From Armatimonadota bacterium (GTDB lineage Bacteria; Armatimonadota; Fimbriimonadia; Fimbriimonadales; Fimbriimonadaceae), in the NCBI GenBank assembly GCA_016789105.1, contig JAEURN010000010.1, positions 51,348-115,347 of the forward strand: 64,000 nt of DNA. The letters are read 5' to 3'. This document shows, piece by piece, positions 8,602 to 18,293 of this stretch (positions are counted from its first letter, which is position 1; each line of letters opens with the position of its first letter). A program made the position numbers and the translations under genes. The notes beneath the pieces were generated by a model. It saw nothing but the letters and a program-made list of their open reading frames with translations, made no database searches and was not told the origin of the DNA.

Positions 8602-10647
8602 ATGAACGACCGCGTTACCGATTCCATCCTCGCCGCCATAGCGGGCGTCGCCTTAGGCAGCCCATTTGTCGGCCGGTCCGGGTTCACCCGTTTGACTGGC
8701 TATTCACCAATCCCCCACCGGATGACTCCGGATACGGCATTCGATGCGTGGCTCCTTTGGTCTGCCCATCGAACGGAAGTGCGGCCCGCCGACATGTTGG
8801 GTCAAGTGTTTTTGGATGGGATCGACGACAATTCCGGTGAGACGGCTTACGGACTGATGAATTTACGGCGGGGGTTCGGCCCCCCCATTTCCGGATCGTT
8901 CCAGAATCCTTTGGCTGGGGGGTCGCGGGGGATGTTGCGTGCAGTCGTTTGGGGATGGCTCTGGCATGGCGACCCGATCCAGGCGGCGCGCCATGCCTAT
9001 CTCGATGCCTCGATCGACCATTCTGGCGATGGGGCCTGGATACCGGCCGCCCTGGCATTTGCGGTCTCATCCCAACATGCCGGATGCGGGTGGCAGCCGT
9101 TTTGGGATTCATTTGTTTCGGCCCTTCCCGATGCAAGCCAACTGCATCGGCTAGCTCCTTCGCTCTTGGAAAATCTGGGCCACCCAGAGGCGATCCAGTT
9201 CCTGTCAACCCAGTTTTCGGCGAAGTTCCCCGGATTAGACCGGGACTCGGCCTGCGCCACGGCCCTGTTTGCTCTGGCCGGGCTGCGGCACGGAGGATCA
9301 GCCGAATCAGCGATGCTCCTTGCGGGCGGGTGTGGAGGGGCGGGTGGGACATCTGCCGGCCTTGCCGCGGCTGTCGGTTCCTGGATTTTTGCGCCGTTGC
9401 CGGTCGAATACATCCAAGTCTTCGATGGCCTCTACGTTTCCACCCATGCCTTGCGGGGGGTCGAGCCCCCTCAATCGATCTCCGAATTCGCCGAAATGGT
9501 CGCCGCTGCATGCCCGGAGATCATGATTCCCACCGAATCCGCCCCTATTGCCGAATTGGAAGCGACGACAACGGAGACCGAAGCCGGCACGGCCGGTGAG
9601 CCAATCCAAAGTGCGGGGGAATCCGGCGAAGGGCCGGTGGATACCCCGGTGGAGATTCCCGCCGATCTGGAACCGGCTGATCCGGCCGAGACGGTTGCCG
9701 AAACAGCCGATCACATCCAAGAGTCTGCCGAATCCACGAGTCCAGAATCACAAACCGAGTCGGCTCAACCTGACGTGCCTGGGGAGGCAAAAACTGAAGA
9801 CCAGGCGTCGCAAGCCGTTCGGCTAATCCTTGAAAAGGAACCCAATTGGTTTGCCACCGATGCCGGTTCGATCCGGGTAGCAACGACCTATTTCTCGCCG
9901 CCCGTGGCGGCCCCACCCAACCGTGAGCTCCTCATCAGCATCAAAAACACCGGGGATGTCGAGCGCAACCTGGAATTGGCCCTTTCTGGCCCCGACGGGT
10001 GGAAAATTGCCACGGCTCTGAAGCCGGCGAAACTGCCCCCCGGCTCATCGGCGGGATTTCCGGCGGTTGTCCAGCCCCTCCCAAGCACGGACCCCAACCT
10101 CCGGCTACTCATCGACAACCTGTGTGTTTTGATTCCGTTGGCGGCTCCTCAATGCTATTGGGCCTTGGGCCCATTTGAAAACATCGAGGGTGCGGCCTAT
10201 TCCCAAGAGTTTCCACCCGAGAAAACGGCGAACCGCCAACAAGTTTGGGATCAACCGTTTAGCGGTCGCAGCAGCCTCGGCATCCGCTGGCAAATCTACG
10301 AGGGCGGGGGGACGGAATTCGACATCGAGCCCTTGTTTGCCGACGGCCCAGGCGTCGCCTACCTTTCTGGCGTGTTGACATGGCCGCTTGGGGGTTTGAT
10401 TACCGTCCATGCCCAGTTTGCCGGCGGGCTGAAGCTTTGGGTGGATAACACGCAGATCCTCAGTTACAACGATGCCGAGCGGCGACACCATAGCCACCCG
10501 CAATATGCCGGACAGTTCACGACGGCCGGGGAAAGCCGGATTTTGGTCAAGCTCGTCCGCGGTCGCCACCCCGTGGAGCCCCTGAACTTGACTTTCTACG
10601 ACGAATCCGGGCGCATCGTGTTGCCGCATACGGACGCCAGCCCCTGA
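8602..10647 (+). CDS. ADP-ribosylglycohydrolase-like protein (degenerate active site) with acidic linker and C-terminal beta-sandwich domains
   Basis: The order of DRxxxxxxxAIAGVALGSP, GSRGMLR, DASIDHSGDG and GGxGGTSAGLAAAVG matches the ARH/DraG fold; E/P/T/A-rich linker; NEW3-like and PA14-like C-terminus. Confidence 0.6.
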   Translation: MNDRVTDSILAAIAGVALGSPFVGRSGFTRLTGYSPIPHRMTPDTAFDAWLLWSAHRTEVRPADMLGQVFLDGIDDNSGETAYGLMNLRRGFGPPISGSFQNPLAGGSRGMLRAVVWGWLWHGDPIQAARHAYLDASIDHSGDGAWIPAALAFAVSSQHAGCGWQPFWDSFVSALPDASQLHRLAPSLLENLGHPEAIQFLSTQFSAKFPGLDRDSACATALFALAGLRHGGSAESAMLLAGGCGGAGGTSAGLAAAVGSWIFAPLPVEYIQVFDGLYVSTHALRGVEPPQSISEFAEMVAAACPEIMIPTESAPIAELEATTTETEAGTAGEPIQSAGESGEGPVDTPVEIPADLEPADPAETVAETADHIQESAESTSPESQTESAQPDVPGEAKTEDQASQAVRLILEKEPNWFATDAGSIRVATTYFSPPVAAPPNRELLISIKNTGDVERNLELALSGPDGWKIATALKPAKLPPGSSAGFPAVVQPLPSTDPNLRLLIDNLCVLIPLAAPQCYWALGPFENIEGAAYSQEFPPEKTANRQQVWDQPFSGRSSLGIRWQIYEGGGTEFDIEPLFADGPGVAYLSGVLTWPLGGLITVHAQFAGGLKLWVDNTQILSYNDAERRHHSHPQYAGQFTTAGESRILVKLVRGRHPVEPLNLTFYDESGRIVLPHTDASP

Positions 10648-10985
10648 TGGGCCGTTGGATTGCCCGGCGGCTTTGGTTCGCAATCCTTTGGGCCGTTCGA
10701 CGCCCAAGCTCGCGCCGGTCTCAGCGCCAAATGGTGGCGATGGTGCCGGAACGGTTCCGCGCTTCGTTTGTGAGGCGCATGATGGCCCAAGAACGGTTCG
10801 CCAGGCGCATCGGGCTGAAGGTTTTGACATTTGTTGTCAACCTGTTCCTTTTGAGCGTTTCGGCCGGCCTTTTACTGTCGTTTTTCTTGAACGCAACCGC
10901 CGAAGGCTGGTTCGTCATCCCAACCCAGGAAGCGTTGGGGCGGAGCCCAGCGCCAAACGGATCGCCTTCTTGGCCGGCGCGGTGA
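10647..10985 (+). CDS. Small hypothetical membrane protein
   Basis: Start overlaps the upstream stop; basic N-terminus followed by one hydrophobic helix. The 3' end overlaps mutY by 71 nt. Confidence 0.55.
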   Translation: MGRWIARRLWFAILWAVRRPSSRRSQRQMVAMVPERFRASFVRRMMAQERFARRIGLKVLTFVVNLFLLSVSAGLLLSFFLNATAEGWFVIPTQEALGRSPAPNGSPSWPAR

Positions 10986-11922
10986 GGGCAATCGAATCCA
11001 ATTCTTTCGGATCGACATAAGCCAGCCCCGCGTTGGTTTTTTCGAAATGGTGGACAAACACCTGCAAAGTGATTTGGTACCGGGTGACCGTGTGTTTGAA
11101 AGACCCCACAAGCCAGCAACCCGGGTAGGCGTCCGCAGCAGCTTCCGCTGTCTCAAAGCGGGGCGTTTGCCACAGCCCGGCCCACCAAGCCCCCGGCGGA
11201 CATTGTTCAAGCCCGATGAGGCCCTGACAGACCGGGACGACCGCCGCATGAGAGAGTCGCACCCACTCCTTTCTTGGTTTTGGAGCCGGAAAGTCGGCCA
11301 CGTTGCCCCCCTTTTGAGCCAGGCAATGAACCGAAACGGGGCATCGGCCGCATGCCGGTGTTCTGGGCATGCAAACCGTGGCGCCCAACTCCATCAAAGC
11401 TTGATTCCAATCACCCGGTCGTTCGGCCACAAGGTTGCCCCTGGCCCAATCCCATGCGGCCCTTTTGAGGCCGGATCCCGCCGCCGGGTCAGCAGAAATG
11501 CGGGCATAGACCCGCTCCACGTTGCCGTCCACAAGGGCCGCCGGCAACCCCTGGGCGATTGAAGCGACGGCTCCCGCCGTGTAGTCGCCAACCCCGGGTA
11601 GCGACCGCCACTGCTCAACCGTTGCGGGCCAGCCGTCGTTGGCGATGATTTGGGCGGCTCGGTGGAGGTTGCGGGCGCGGGAGTAATAGCCCAGTCCCTG
11701 CCATGCCGCCAGGACGGCCTCCTCCCGGGCTTGCGCCAAGCTGTGGACAGTGGGGAACGCTTGCATCCAGCGCCAAAAAAACGGGATGACGGCTTGAACG
11801 GTCGTTTGCTGCAACATGGCTTCGCTGACCCAAACGGCATACGGGTCGCAAGTGCGGCGCCAAGGCAGGTCGCGCCGATTTGCGTCGTACCAGTCCAGGA
11901 TCGACTGCTGGAACGGGGTCAT
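10915..11922 (-). CDS. mutY: A/G-specific adenine glycosylase MutY
   Basis: RRDLPWR, VWVSEAMLQQT, GLGYYSRARNL, LPGVGDYTAGA, VDGNVERV and the Fe-S motif CxxxxPxCxxCPxxxxC. Confidence 0.93.
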   Translation of the reverse strand: MTPFQQSILDWYDANRRDLPWRRTCDPYAVWVSEAMLQQTTVQAVIPFFWRWMQAFPTVHSLAQAREEAVLAAWQGLGYYSRARNLHRAAQIIANDGWPATVEQWRSLPGVGDYTAGAVASIAQGLPAALVDGNVERVYARISADPAAGSGLKRAAWDWARGNLVAERPGDWNQALMELGATVCMPRTPACGRCPVSVHCLAQKGGNVADFPAPKPRKEWVRLSHAAVVPVCQGLIGLEQCPPGAWWAGLWQTPRFETAEAAADAYPGCWLVGSFKHTVTRYQITLQVFVHHFEKTNAGLAYVDPKELDSIALTAPAKKAIRLALGSAPTLPGLG

Positions 11923-12632
11923 TCATCTTCGCCAAGACGGAGAGAGGCCAAGGCTGCGACGGGGTCATCGGCTTTGACCAAGGCGCGCCCGATGACCAGG
12001 TAATCGGCCCCGGCATCGAGGGCATCCTGCCCGTCCCCGACCCGGCTCTGGTCGTGCCGGTCTCCCCCGTCGGCTCGAATGCCCGGAGTAACGATGACCG
12101 CCTTCGGCATCCAAGCCCGCATATCGGTGGCCTCTTCGACGGAGCAAACCAGCCCATCGAGCCCAGACCTGATCCCCATTTCACTGAGTTTGAGCATATG
12201 GTCTTTGAGATCGCGCCCGACGCCGAGCTGCTCGGAAAGCATCTCTTCATCGATGGAAGTCAACACGCTGACCCCGACGAGGAGGGGGCGTACGTCTTCG
12301 GAATAGAACTTGGCTTCCTCGGCGGCGGCGGTGAGCATTGCCGGCCCTCCGCTCAGGTGGAGCGTGAGCATCCAGACATTGTGCCGGGCGGCCTCGCGAA
12401 CCGCAATCCCCACACTGTTGGGGATATCGTGGAATTTGAGGTCGAGGAAGATTCTTTCAGCCCCGGCATCTTGCAGGCGATCGACCACGGAAAGGCCGTT
12501 GGGCAAGGTCAAAGCGTGGCCGATTTTGAAGGCACCACAATAAGGAGAGAGCCGTTTAACTGCGGCCAGGGCTTCATCCAGATTCCCGGTGTCCAAAGCT
12601 GCGATGATGTGGTGTCTGTTGCGCCGTGCCAT
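11919..12632 (-). CDS. pyrF: Orotidine-5'-phosphate decarboxylase
   Basis: FLDLKFHDIPNS, VTPGIR and YLVIGR motifs. Confidence 0.95.
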   Translation of the reverse strand: MARRNRHHIIAALDTGNLDEALAAVKRLSPYCGAFKIGHALTLPNGLSVVDRLQDAGAERIFLDLKFHDIPNSVGIAVREAARHNVWMLTLHLSGGPAMLTAAAEEAKFYSEDVRPLLVGVSVLTSIDEEMLSEQLGVGRDLKDHMLKLSEMGIRSGLDGLVCSVEEATDMRAWMPKAVIVTPGIRADGGDRHDQSRVGDGQDALDAGADYLVIGRALVKADDPVAALASLRLGEDE

Positions 12633-12674
12633 GCCTTTCCCATTCTAGACGGAGAGCCATGCCATGATGGTTAA

Positions 12675-14105
12675 GTGCATTGCGAGCTGTTGATTGGCGG
12701 GCATTTTGTCGGCGGCCCATGCGACCAGTCGGTTGGCAAATCCCAGCATTACGCCCCCTACAATGGCAAATTGGTCGGAACCGCTGCCGAAGCGGGCTGG
12801 CCCGAGTGCAACGCGGCTTTGGATTCTGCAATCGAAGCGTTTGCCGGCTGGCGCCGGCAGCCGGCGCACGTCGTACAAAACCTTTTGGAATCTATCGCTA
12901 GGCTCGTCGATGAGCGGGCATCCGAACTGGCTGAATTGATGTCCGCAGAAATCGGCAAGCCTGTCACCCAGGCCGAAGCCGAAGTCCGCCGCCTCAGCCA
13001 CACCTTCCGCCTGGCCGCCCAACTCCCCAGCCAGGCGAGTCCACGCATCATCGATGTTTCTTATGACGAGCGGTCGGATGGCGTGGTTTGCACGGCAAGC
13101 CGAGTCCCCATTGGCCCGGTGCTCGCGATCGTCCCATACAACTGGCCCCTCAATCTGGCGGCGCACAAAATCGCCCCAGCTTTGGCGGCAGGCAACACGG
13201 TTGTCGTCAAGGCTCCCACCACCGGGGCGCTGAGCACATTAGAATTGGGAAGGATCATCCACGAGGCCGGCTGCCCACCGGGCGTTGTCAACTTCCTCAA
13301 CACCCCCGCCGCACTGGCCCAAAAATGTGCCCTCGACGAGCGGGTCAAGATGGTGAGCTTCACCGGGTCGCCCAAAGTCGGCTGGATGCTCAAAGAGATG
13401 CTCCCCCGCAAGCGCGTCTCATTGGAACTCGGGGGTGACGCCACTTGCGTGGTCGCGGAAGACGGCGATTGGCAAACCGCCGCGCAAAAACTTGTGGCCG
13501 GGGCGTTTGCGTATGCCGGCCAAATCTGCATTTCGGCCCAGCACATTCTGGTGCACCGGTCTGTTTACCTTGAGTTCAAGGATCGGTTTTTGTCCCTGGT
13601 CGAAGCTATCCCGACCGGTGACCCGCTCGACCGGGAAACGGTTTGCGGTCCCCTGATTACCGATGAGGCGGCCGAAAACGTGATGGCATTGATCGACGAC
13701 GCCGAAGAATCCGGGGCAACGATTCTGACTGGTGGGCACCGCGTCGGCCGGGTCGTCGAGCCCACAGTCATCGAAAACCCGATGCGATCCATGAGGATTG
13801 GCCGCGAGGAAGCATTTGGCCCCGTCGTCACATTGCAACCGTTTGAGACCGACGACGAGGCGATTGCATGGGTCAACGCCTCCCAGTTCGGAATCCACAC
13901 AGCTTTGTGGACAGCCGACCAAAACCGGTGGCAACGGTACTTTTCCGAATTGGAAACCGGCGGCCTGATCGTCAACGATTCGCCCAGCCTCCGGTTTGAC
14001 GCGATGCCCTATGGTGGAGTCAAAAACTCCGGTTTTGGGCGGGAGGGGGTGTGGAGCACGTTTTTGGAGATGACGGAGGACAAGGTCCAAGTCCTCCGCC
14101 TTTGA
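12675..14105 (+). CDS. NAD(P)-dependent aldehyde dehydrogenase
   Basis: PYNWP, FTGS, LELGG, GQICIS (catalytic Cys), EEAFGPV and PYGGVKNSGFGREG motifs. Confidence 0.92.
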   Translation: MHCELLIGGHFVGGPCDQSVGKSQHYAPYNGKLVGTAAEAGWPECNAALDSAIEAFAGWRRQPAHVVQNLLESIARLVDERASELAELMSAEIGKPVTQAEAEVRRLSHTFRLAAQLPSQASPRIIDVSYDERSDGVVCTASRVPIGPVLAIVPYNWPLNLAAHKIAPALAAGNTVVVKAPTTGALSTLELGRIIHEAGCPPGVVNFLNTPAALAQKCALDERVKMVSFTGSPKVGWMLKEMLPRKRVSLELGGDATCVVAEDGDWQTAAQKLVAGAFAYAGQICISAQHILVHRSVYLEFKDRFLSLVEAIPTGDPLDRETVCGPLITDEAAENVMALIDDAEESGATILTGGHRVGRVVEPTVIENPMRSMRIGREEAFGPVVTLQPFETDDEAIAWVNASQFGIHTALWTADQNRWQRYFSELETGGLIVNDSPSLRFDAMPYGGVKNSGFGREGVWSTFLEMTEDKVQVLRL

Positions 14106-14114
14106 CCCAACGTC

Positions 14115-14627
14115 TCAGCCCTTTTTCCGTTTGAACGGGTCGCTGGAGACCACCGCCCAGCCATCGGGCGATTTGAACTCGAGTTTGAAGGCGAATTCAT
14201 CATCCGACTTCTTCTTCAGCGTTGCACGGGCCAGCGTTTCTTGCCCCATCGCGACCCACGGATCGGATGTGAAGACGAGTTCTTCTCCCACCCACTTGCC
14301 ATGCTCCACCCTGGGTTGGTCGGAAAGGTTGGTGTAGCTCGTCATCAAGTACTCTTTCTTGGCGGGATCCCAGGAGATGTAGGAAGTCTCCTTGAGCTCA
14401 AACCCCGCAAGCTTTTGGGAGTTGGTGGTCTTGATGAACGGCCCTTCCATAGAGACAGTCCATTCAGCGGTGTAATCCATTGCAGAGCCTTGAACATTGA
14501 ACTCGCCGCTGGAAGTCCATGTCCCGACCATCCATGCGAGCTTTTGGATCTCAGGGGCAGGAGAAGCGAACTGGGCCTGGCAGCCAACGGCGGCCAGGGT
14601 AACGAGGGCGGCAATAGTTGATCTCAT
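14115..14627 (-). CDS. Secreted DUF1579-like beta-barrel protein (probable lipoprotein)
   Basis: Signal ending AVGC; KLAWMVGTW and WDPAKKEY patterns typical of this family. Confidence 0.6.
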   Translation of the reverse strand: MRSTIAALVTLAAVGCQAQFASPAPEIQKLAWMVGTWTSSGEFNVQGSAMDYTAEWTVSMEGPFIKTTNSQKLAGFELKETSYISWDPAKKEYLMTSYTNLSDQPRVEHGKWVGEELVFTSDPWVAMGQETLARATLKKKSDDEFAFKLEFKSPDGWAVVSSDPFKRKKG

Positions 14628-14651
14628 ACGGCGTAGGTTTACCTGGATGCA

Positions 14652-15485
14652 CTACTGATCTGTTTCCAAAAATTCCAAGCCGTCGACACGGACGACGATG
14701 GCGGTTGCGTTGTCTGATCCGCCTCCGACAAGGGCGTCTCCGACCAATCGCCAGGCCGCTTCACTCGGGTGGGCAGTTGCCAATATCCGGCCGATTTGAT
14801 CGTCGGCGACATGGTTTGTCACGCCATCTGAGCAAACCATGAAGACATCTCCTTCGGCCAATGGGTGTTCAAAGAGGTCGCACGCAACATCCCTTTCGGT
14901 GCCCAGGGCGCGGGTGATGACATGCCGGTAGGGGTGGGCTTCGGCTTCTTCCCGGGTCATCATCCCGGCGGCCACGGTTTCCTCAACCCAAGTGTGGTCG
15001 GTTGTGAGTTGCTCCACTTCCCCATTCCGGAGCCGGTAAGCCCGGGAATCGCCGACGTTGACAATGAGGACGGCATCTTGCCGGAAGATCAAGGCGACAA
15101 GGGTTGTCCCCATGCCTTTGCGGCTGGGGATAGCCAGGCTGATGTCGTGGATGAACCGGGTGGCCGCCGTCACCGCCGCCCGGGTCGCCGCCATATAGTC
15201 CTCGCTCGGATGGCTGCGGTAGACATCGATAAAGGTTTTGCAGGCGATTTCGCTGGCGCATTGACCGGCTTCGTGGCCGCCCATCCCATCGCAGACGACG
15301 AAGACGTGGCCTTTGGCGGCCAGGTCGCTTTCTTTTTCTGCGATGAAGAACTCGTGTTTGTCCTCGTTGTTTTCGCGGACTTTGCCCATGTCGGTCTTGG
15401 CCCCAAAACTTAGGTGAGGTTTGACCCGCAGCCTAATTTGGGGCACGACGGCTTCAACGGTGATTTCTGCCGTGATTTCGTCCAT
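14652..15485 (-). CDS. PP2C-family Ser/Thr protein phosphatase
   Basis: RENNED, VVCDGMGGH, MGTT, NVGDSRAY, CSDGV and GGSDNAT motifs. Confidence 0.93.
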   Translation of the reverse strand: MDEITAEITVEAVVPQIRLRVKPHLSFGAKTDMGKVRENNEDKHEFFIAEKESDLAAKGHVFVVCDGMGGHEAGQCASEIACKTFIDVYRSHPSEDYMAATRAAVTAATRFIHDISLAIPSRKGMGTTLVALIFRQDAVLIVNVGDSRAYRLRNGEVEQLTTDHTWVEETVAAGMMTREEAEAHPYRHVITRALGTERDVACDLFEHPLAEGDVFMVCSDGVTNHVADDQIGRILATAHPSEAAWRLVGDALVGGGSDNATAIVVRVDGLEFLETDQ

Positions 15486-15488
15486 GGG

Positions 15489-16382
15489 CTAGCCTTGCCC
15501 CGCAAATTGGAGATCCAAGACGTACTGCCCAAGGCGGATGCTGTCGCCAGGGTGGATCAAGGTTTTTTGGCCCGCCGCAAGCTTGGCCTCGTTGACGAAC
15601 GTTCCGTTTGTGCTGCCGGTGTCGGTGATGTGGACGCCATCGTCGGTCACCTCGAATTCGCCATGCTGGCCGCTCACGTAGGGGTCGGATATCTGGATAG
15701 CGTTGGAATCTCGGCGGCCGAACGTGTGTTTCCCTTTGACCAAGGGGACTTTGACGCCATCGACAACCAAATGGGCGATGGCCCCGCTGGCCACCGGGGG
15801 GGCCGTCATGGCGGATGTTTTGCCACTCATGGCGGCGAGGGTTTTGTTGGCTTCTCCTGGCAGTCCCAGTTTCATCTCATAGCCGCCAAGGCTGACCGTT
15901 GCCCCGTTCTCCAAGGCCGTCCGACCGGAAATCCGGTTGCCGCCGACCATGGTTCCATTGGTCGAGCCCAGATCCTCGACGAAAACCGACCCGCCTTCCC
16001 AGGAAACCTTTGCATGTTGTCGGCTAACCCGCGTGTCCTCAATCAAGATGTCGGCCTGCCGGCCAATGGTCACCGCGCCGGGCCTAAGCTTGTGCTCGCG
16101 GCCATCGGCATCCACCAACACCGGCACTTGGACCGACGGGGCGCCGAATGCGTCCCCTTCCAGAGCCTTGTCGAAAATCAGCCCACATTCCACGCAAAAC
16201 ATCACACCGGGAGGGTTGAACGACTTGCAGACGGTGCATTGGACGGGTTTGATCGTCACCGTGGCTTCATAGGTCGGGGCACCCATGATGGTCCGGTTAG
16301 GGTCTACCGGTGTCCCCAATTGGGTTTTGTTGGGGTCAGTTGTTGGCGGCGGGGCCATTTGTGTGCGGTTGAGGTCGCTCAT
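15489..16382 (-). CDS. Zinc-ribbon plus tandem double-FHA domain protein
   Basis: CxxC-x10-CxxC; two FHA cores (GR...SRQH...DLGSTNGT and GR...SGQH...DTGSTNGT). Confidence 0.9.
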   Translation of the reverse strand: MSDLNRTQMAPPPTTDPNKTQLGTPVDPNRTIMGAPTYEATVTIKPVQCTVCKSFNPPGVMFCVECGLIFDKALEGDAFGAPSVQVPVLVDADGREHKLRPGAVTIGRQADILIEDTRVSRQHAKVSWEGGSVFVEDLGSTNGTMVGGNRISGRTALENGATVSLGGYEMKLGLPGEANKTLAAMSGKTSAMTAPPVASGAIAHLVVDGVKVPLVKGKHTFGRRDSNAIQISDPYVSGQHGEFEVTDDGVHITDTGSTNGTFVNEAKLAAGQKTLIHPGDSIRLGQYVLDLQFAGQG

Positions 16383-16509
16383 TCTGGAGTGCGTTTCCCG
16401 GTTAAAGTATCGGCTTTTTATTGTGACGGCGAAACCTTGGCAAAGGTGCCTTTGAAGAATTCATTGAGACAATGTGACATTCCGTATGGTGTTGGGGGTA
16501 GAAACAGGC

Positions 16510-18069
16510 ATGCAAGCCCGCTTGGGCGGCCTCGTTGCCGCAATCCTGCTTTCGTCCCCCGGCTGGGGCAACTACGCGCCCGATGTTGACCAGATTTCGA
16601 AGACCAACCTCAAGGCGCACCTTGAATTCATTGCCAGCGACCTCCTCCTTGGCCGCGACACTCCATCGCAAGGATTAGATCTGGCTGCGCGGTACATCGC
16701 CTCGCACTTGGAGATGTACGGTGCCGAACCCGGCGGTGATAACGGGACATATTTCCAAATGATCACGCTTGGCCGGTCGGTTCTCAAGGCCGAAGGCACG
16801 GTCTGTGCGATCGATGGAAAGACCCTGGAATTGGGCACGGACTATGTGCCCGACACCGCAGTTGCCGGCGATGTCCAGGGACCGGCGGTTTTTGTCAAAT
16901 CGGGTTGGACGAATGCGCAAAAGGGGATCGACCCGATGAAGGGGCTCAACCTCAAAGGCGCGATTGTTGTCACCGATGGCATGCTGCCGGACGGGGTTGC
17001 CCGCCGCGACACGTTCAATGACCCGAATTGGGAGTCCCCCGCCGTGGCCGCCAAACGGTATGGGGCCGCCGCTGTGGTGACGGTTTCGGGCTTGCCGGGT
17101 GGACAAGGGTGGAAGCGCCAGGTGGATCGCATGACCCAGGGCGGCAGGTTCGGCATCCAAAGCCCAGACCGCCCCGTAGGAGTTCCCTCGATCACCGTGT
17201 CGCCGGAAGTCGGCGAAACGCTCAAGAGTTCGGCCCTCAATGCGGTGCGGGCCGAGTTCCCACCCAATGCCCCGACGGTTTCCATAAAATTGAACGCGGT
17301 TAACGAAACCCAAACCACCCAAAACGTGATCGGGATCATCCGGGGATCTGACCCAGTCCTGAAAAACGAATTCGTGGCTCTGGGCGCCCACTATGACCAT
17401 GTCGGGGTTGGCCAAGCCGACAACCGCGGCGACACCATTTACAACGGAGCCGACGACGATGGGAGCGGCACGGTTGCGATGCTGGAAATCGCGCGGGTCG
17501 TCGCCGCCGGCAAACGGCCGAAGCGGTCGCTGATTTTTGTATGGCACTGCGGCGAAGAAAAAGGCTTGTGGGGGTCCCAATATTTTGCGGCACACCCGAC
17601 GATCGATTTCAGCAAACTGATCATCCAGGTCAACATGGATATGATCGGGATGTCCAAAAAGCCTGGGGACACCAACCCGGCAAACGCCGACCTCACCGAC
17701 AGCCGCAGCATCTATGTGATCGGGCCCAAGCTCATCAGTTCCGACATCACGAAAACGCTCACCGCCGTGAACGATGCGACCGTGAAAATGAACCTGCTGG
17801 ACACCTATGACACGACGAGCGACCCGAACCGCTACTACCAGCGGAGCGACCATTACAGCTACATTGCCAAAGGCGTCCCGGCAATCTTCCTGTTCAGCGG
17901 TTCGCACGAAAACTACCACCGCCCGAGCGACGAAGTGAGCCAAATCGACTTCGACAAACTCCAGACCACGGCGAAGCTCCTCTACGCCATGGCGTATGAG
18001 TTTGCGATGCAACCCGAACGGCCCCGGATCGACGGTCCCCTGAAGAGCCTGTTCGGCGGAACTCAGTAG
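16510..18069 (+). CDS. Secreted M28-family metallopeptidase with PA-like insert
   Basis: GAHYDH, NGADDDGSG, GEEKGLWGS, NMDMIG, RSDHYS and HENYHRPSD motifs. Confidence 0.9.
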   Translation: MQARLGGLVAAILLSSPGWGNYAPDVDQISKTNLKAHLEFIASDLLLGRDTPSQGLDLAARYIASHLEMYGAEPGGDNGTYFQMITLGRSVLKAEGTVCAIDGKTLELGTDYVPDTAVAGDVQGPAVFVKSGWTNAQKGIDPMKGLNLKGAIVVTDGMLPDGVARRDTFNDPNWESPAVAAKRYGAAAVVTVSGLPGGQGWKRQVDRMTQGGRFGIQSPDRPVGVPSITVSPEVGETLKSSALNAVRAEFPPNAPTVSIKLNAVNETQTTQNVIGIIRGSDPVLKNEFVALGAHYDHVGVGQADNRGDTIYNGADDDGSGTVAMLEIARVVAAGKRPKRSLIFVWHCGEEKGLWGSQYFAAHPTIDFSKLIIQVNMDMIGMSKKPGDTNPANADLTDSRSIYVIGPKLISSDITKTLTAVNDATVKMNLLDTYDTTSDPNRYYQRSDHYSYIAKGVPAIFLFSGSHENYHRPSDEVSQIDFDKLQTTAKLLYAMAYEFAMQPERPRIDGPLKSLFGGTQ

Positions 18070-18181
18070 TCCGCTGATTCAATTGGAGCCTCTCCCGGCC
18101 TTCGGAGGGGTGCAACAAATGGGTCGCCCGGGAATAGGGGTTCCTAAGCCCGGGTTCCAAGTCGGCGGCAACCCCTCCCTT

Positions 18182-18203
18182 CCCTCCCCAGACTTGGGGA
18201 GGG
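18182..18203. repeat. REP-like perfect palindrome in the intergenic region between convergent genes
   Basis: ccctcccca-gact-tggggaggg (9-bp stem). Confidence 0.55.
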
Positions 18204-18293
18204 TATCCCTTTCCCAATCGATTGCCAAGATCGGCCGGATAGGGGAAATAGGTTTGCCGCATCTCCTTCCCACACTTGAGGAACTGAACTCAA

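Noticed and set aside
16420-16485. TGTGA half-sites suggesting CRP/FNR boxes
   Set aside because: No matching TCACA at the required 6-nt spacing.
15414-18012. Long alternative-frame ORFs (15414-16589+, 16675-18012-, and similarly 50931-52352-, 58495-59823-, 60753-61976-)
   Set aside because: They are antisense shadows of well-supported genes in GC-rich DNA and have no recognisable motifs.
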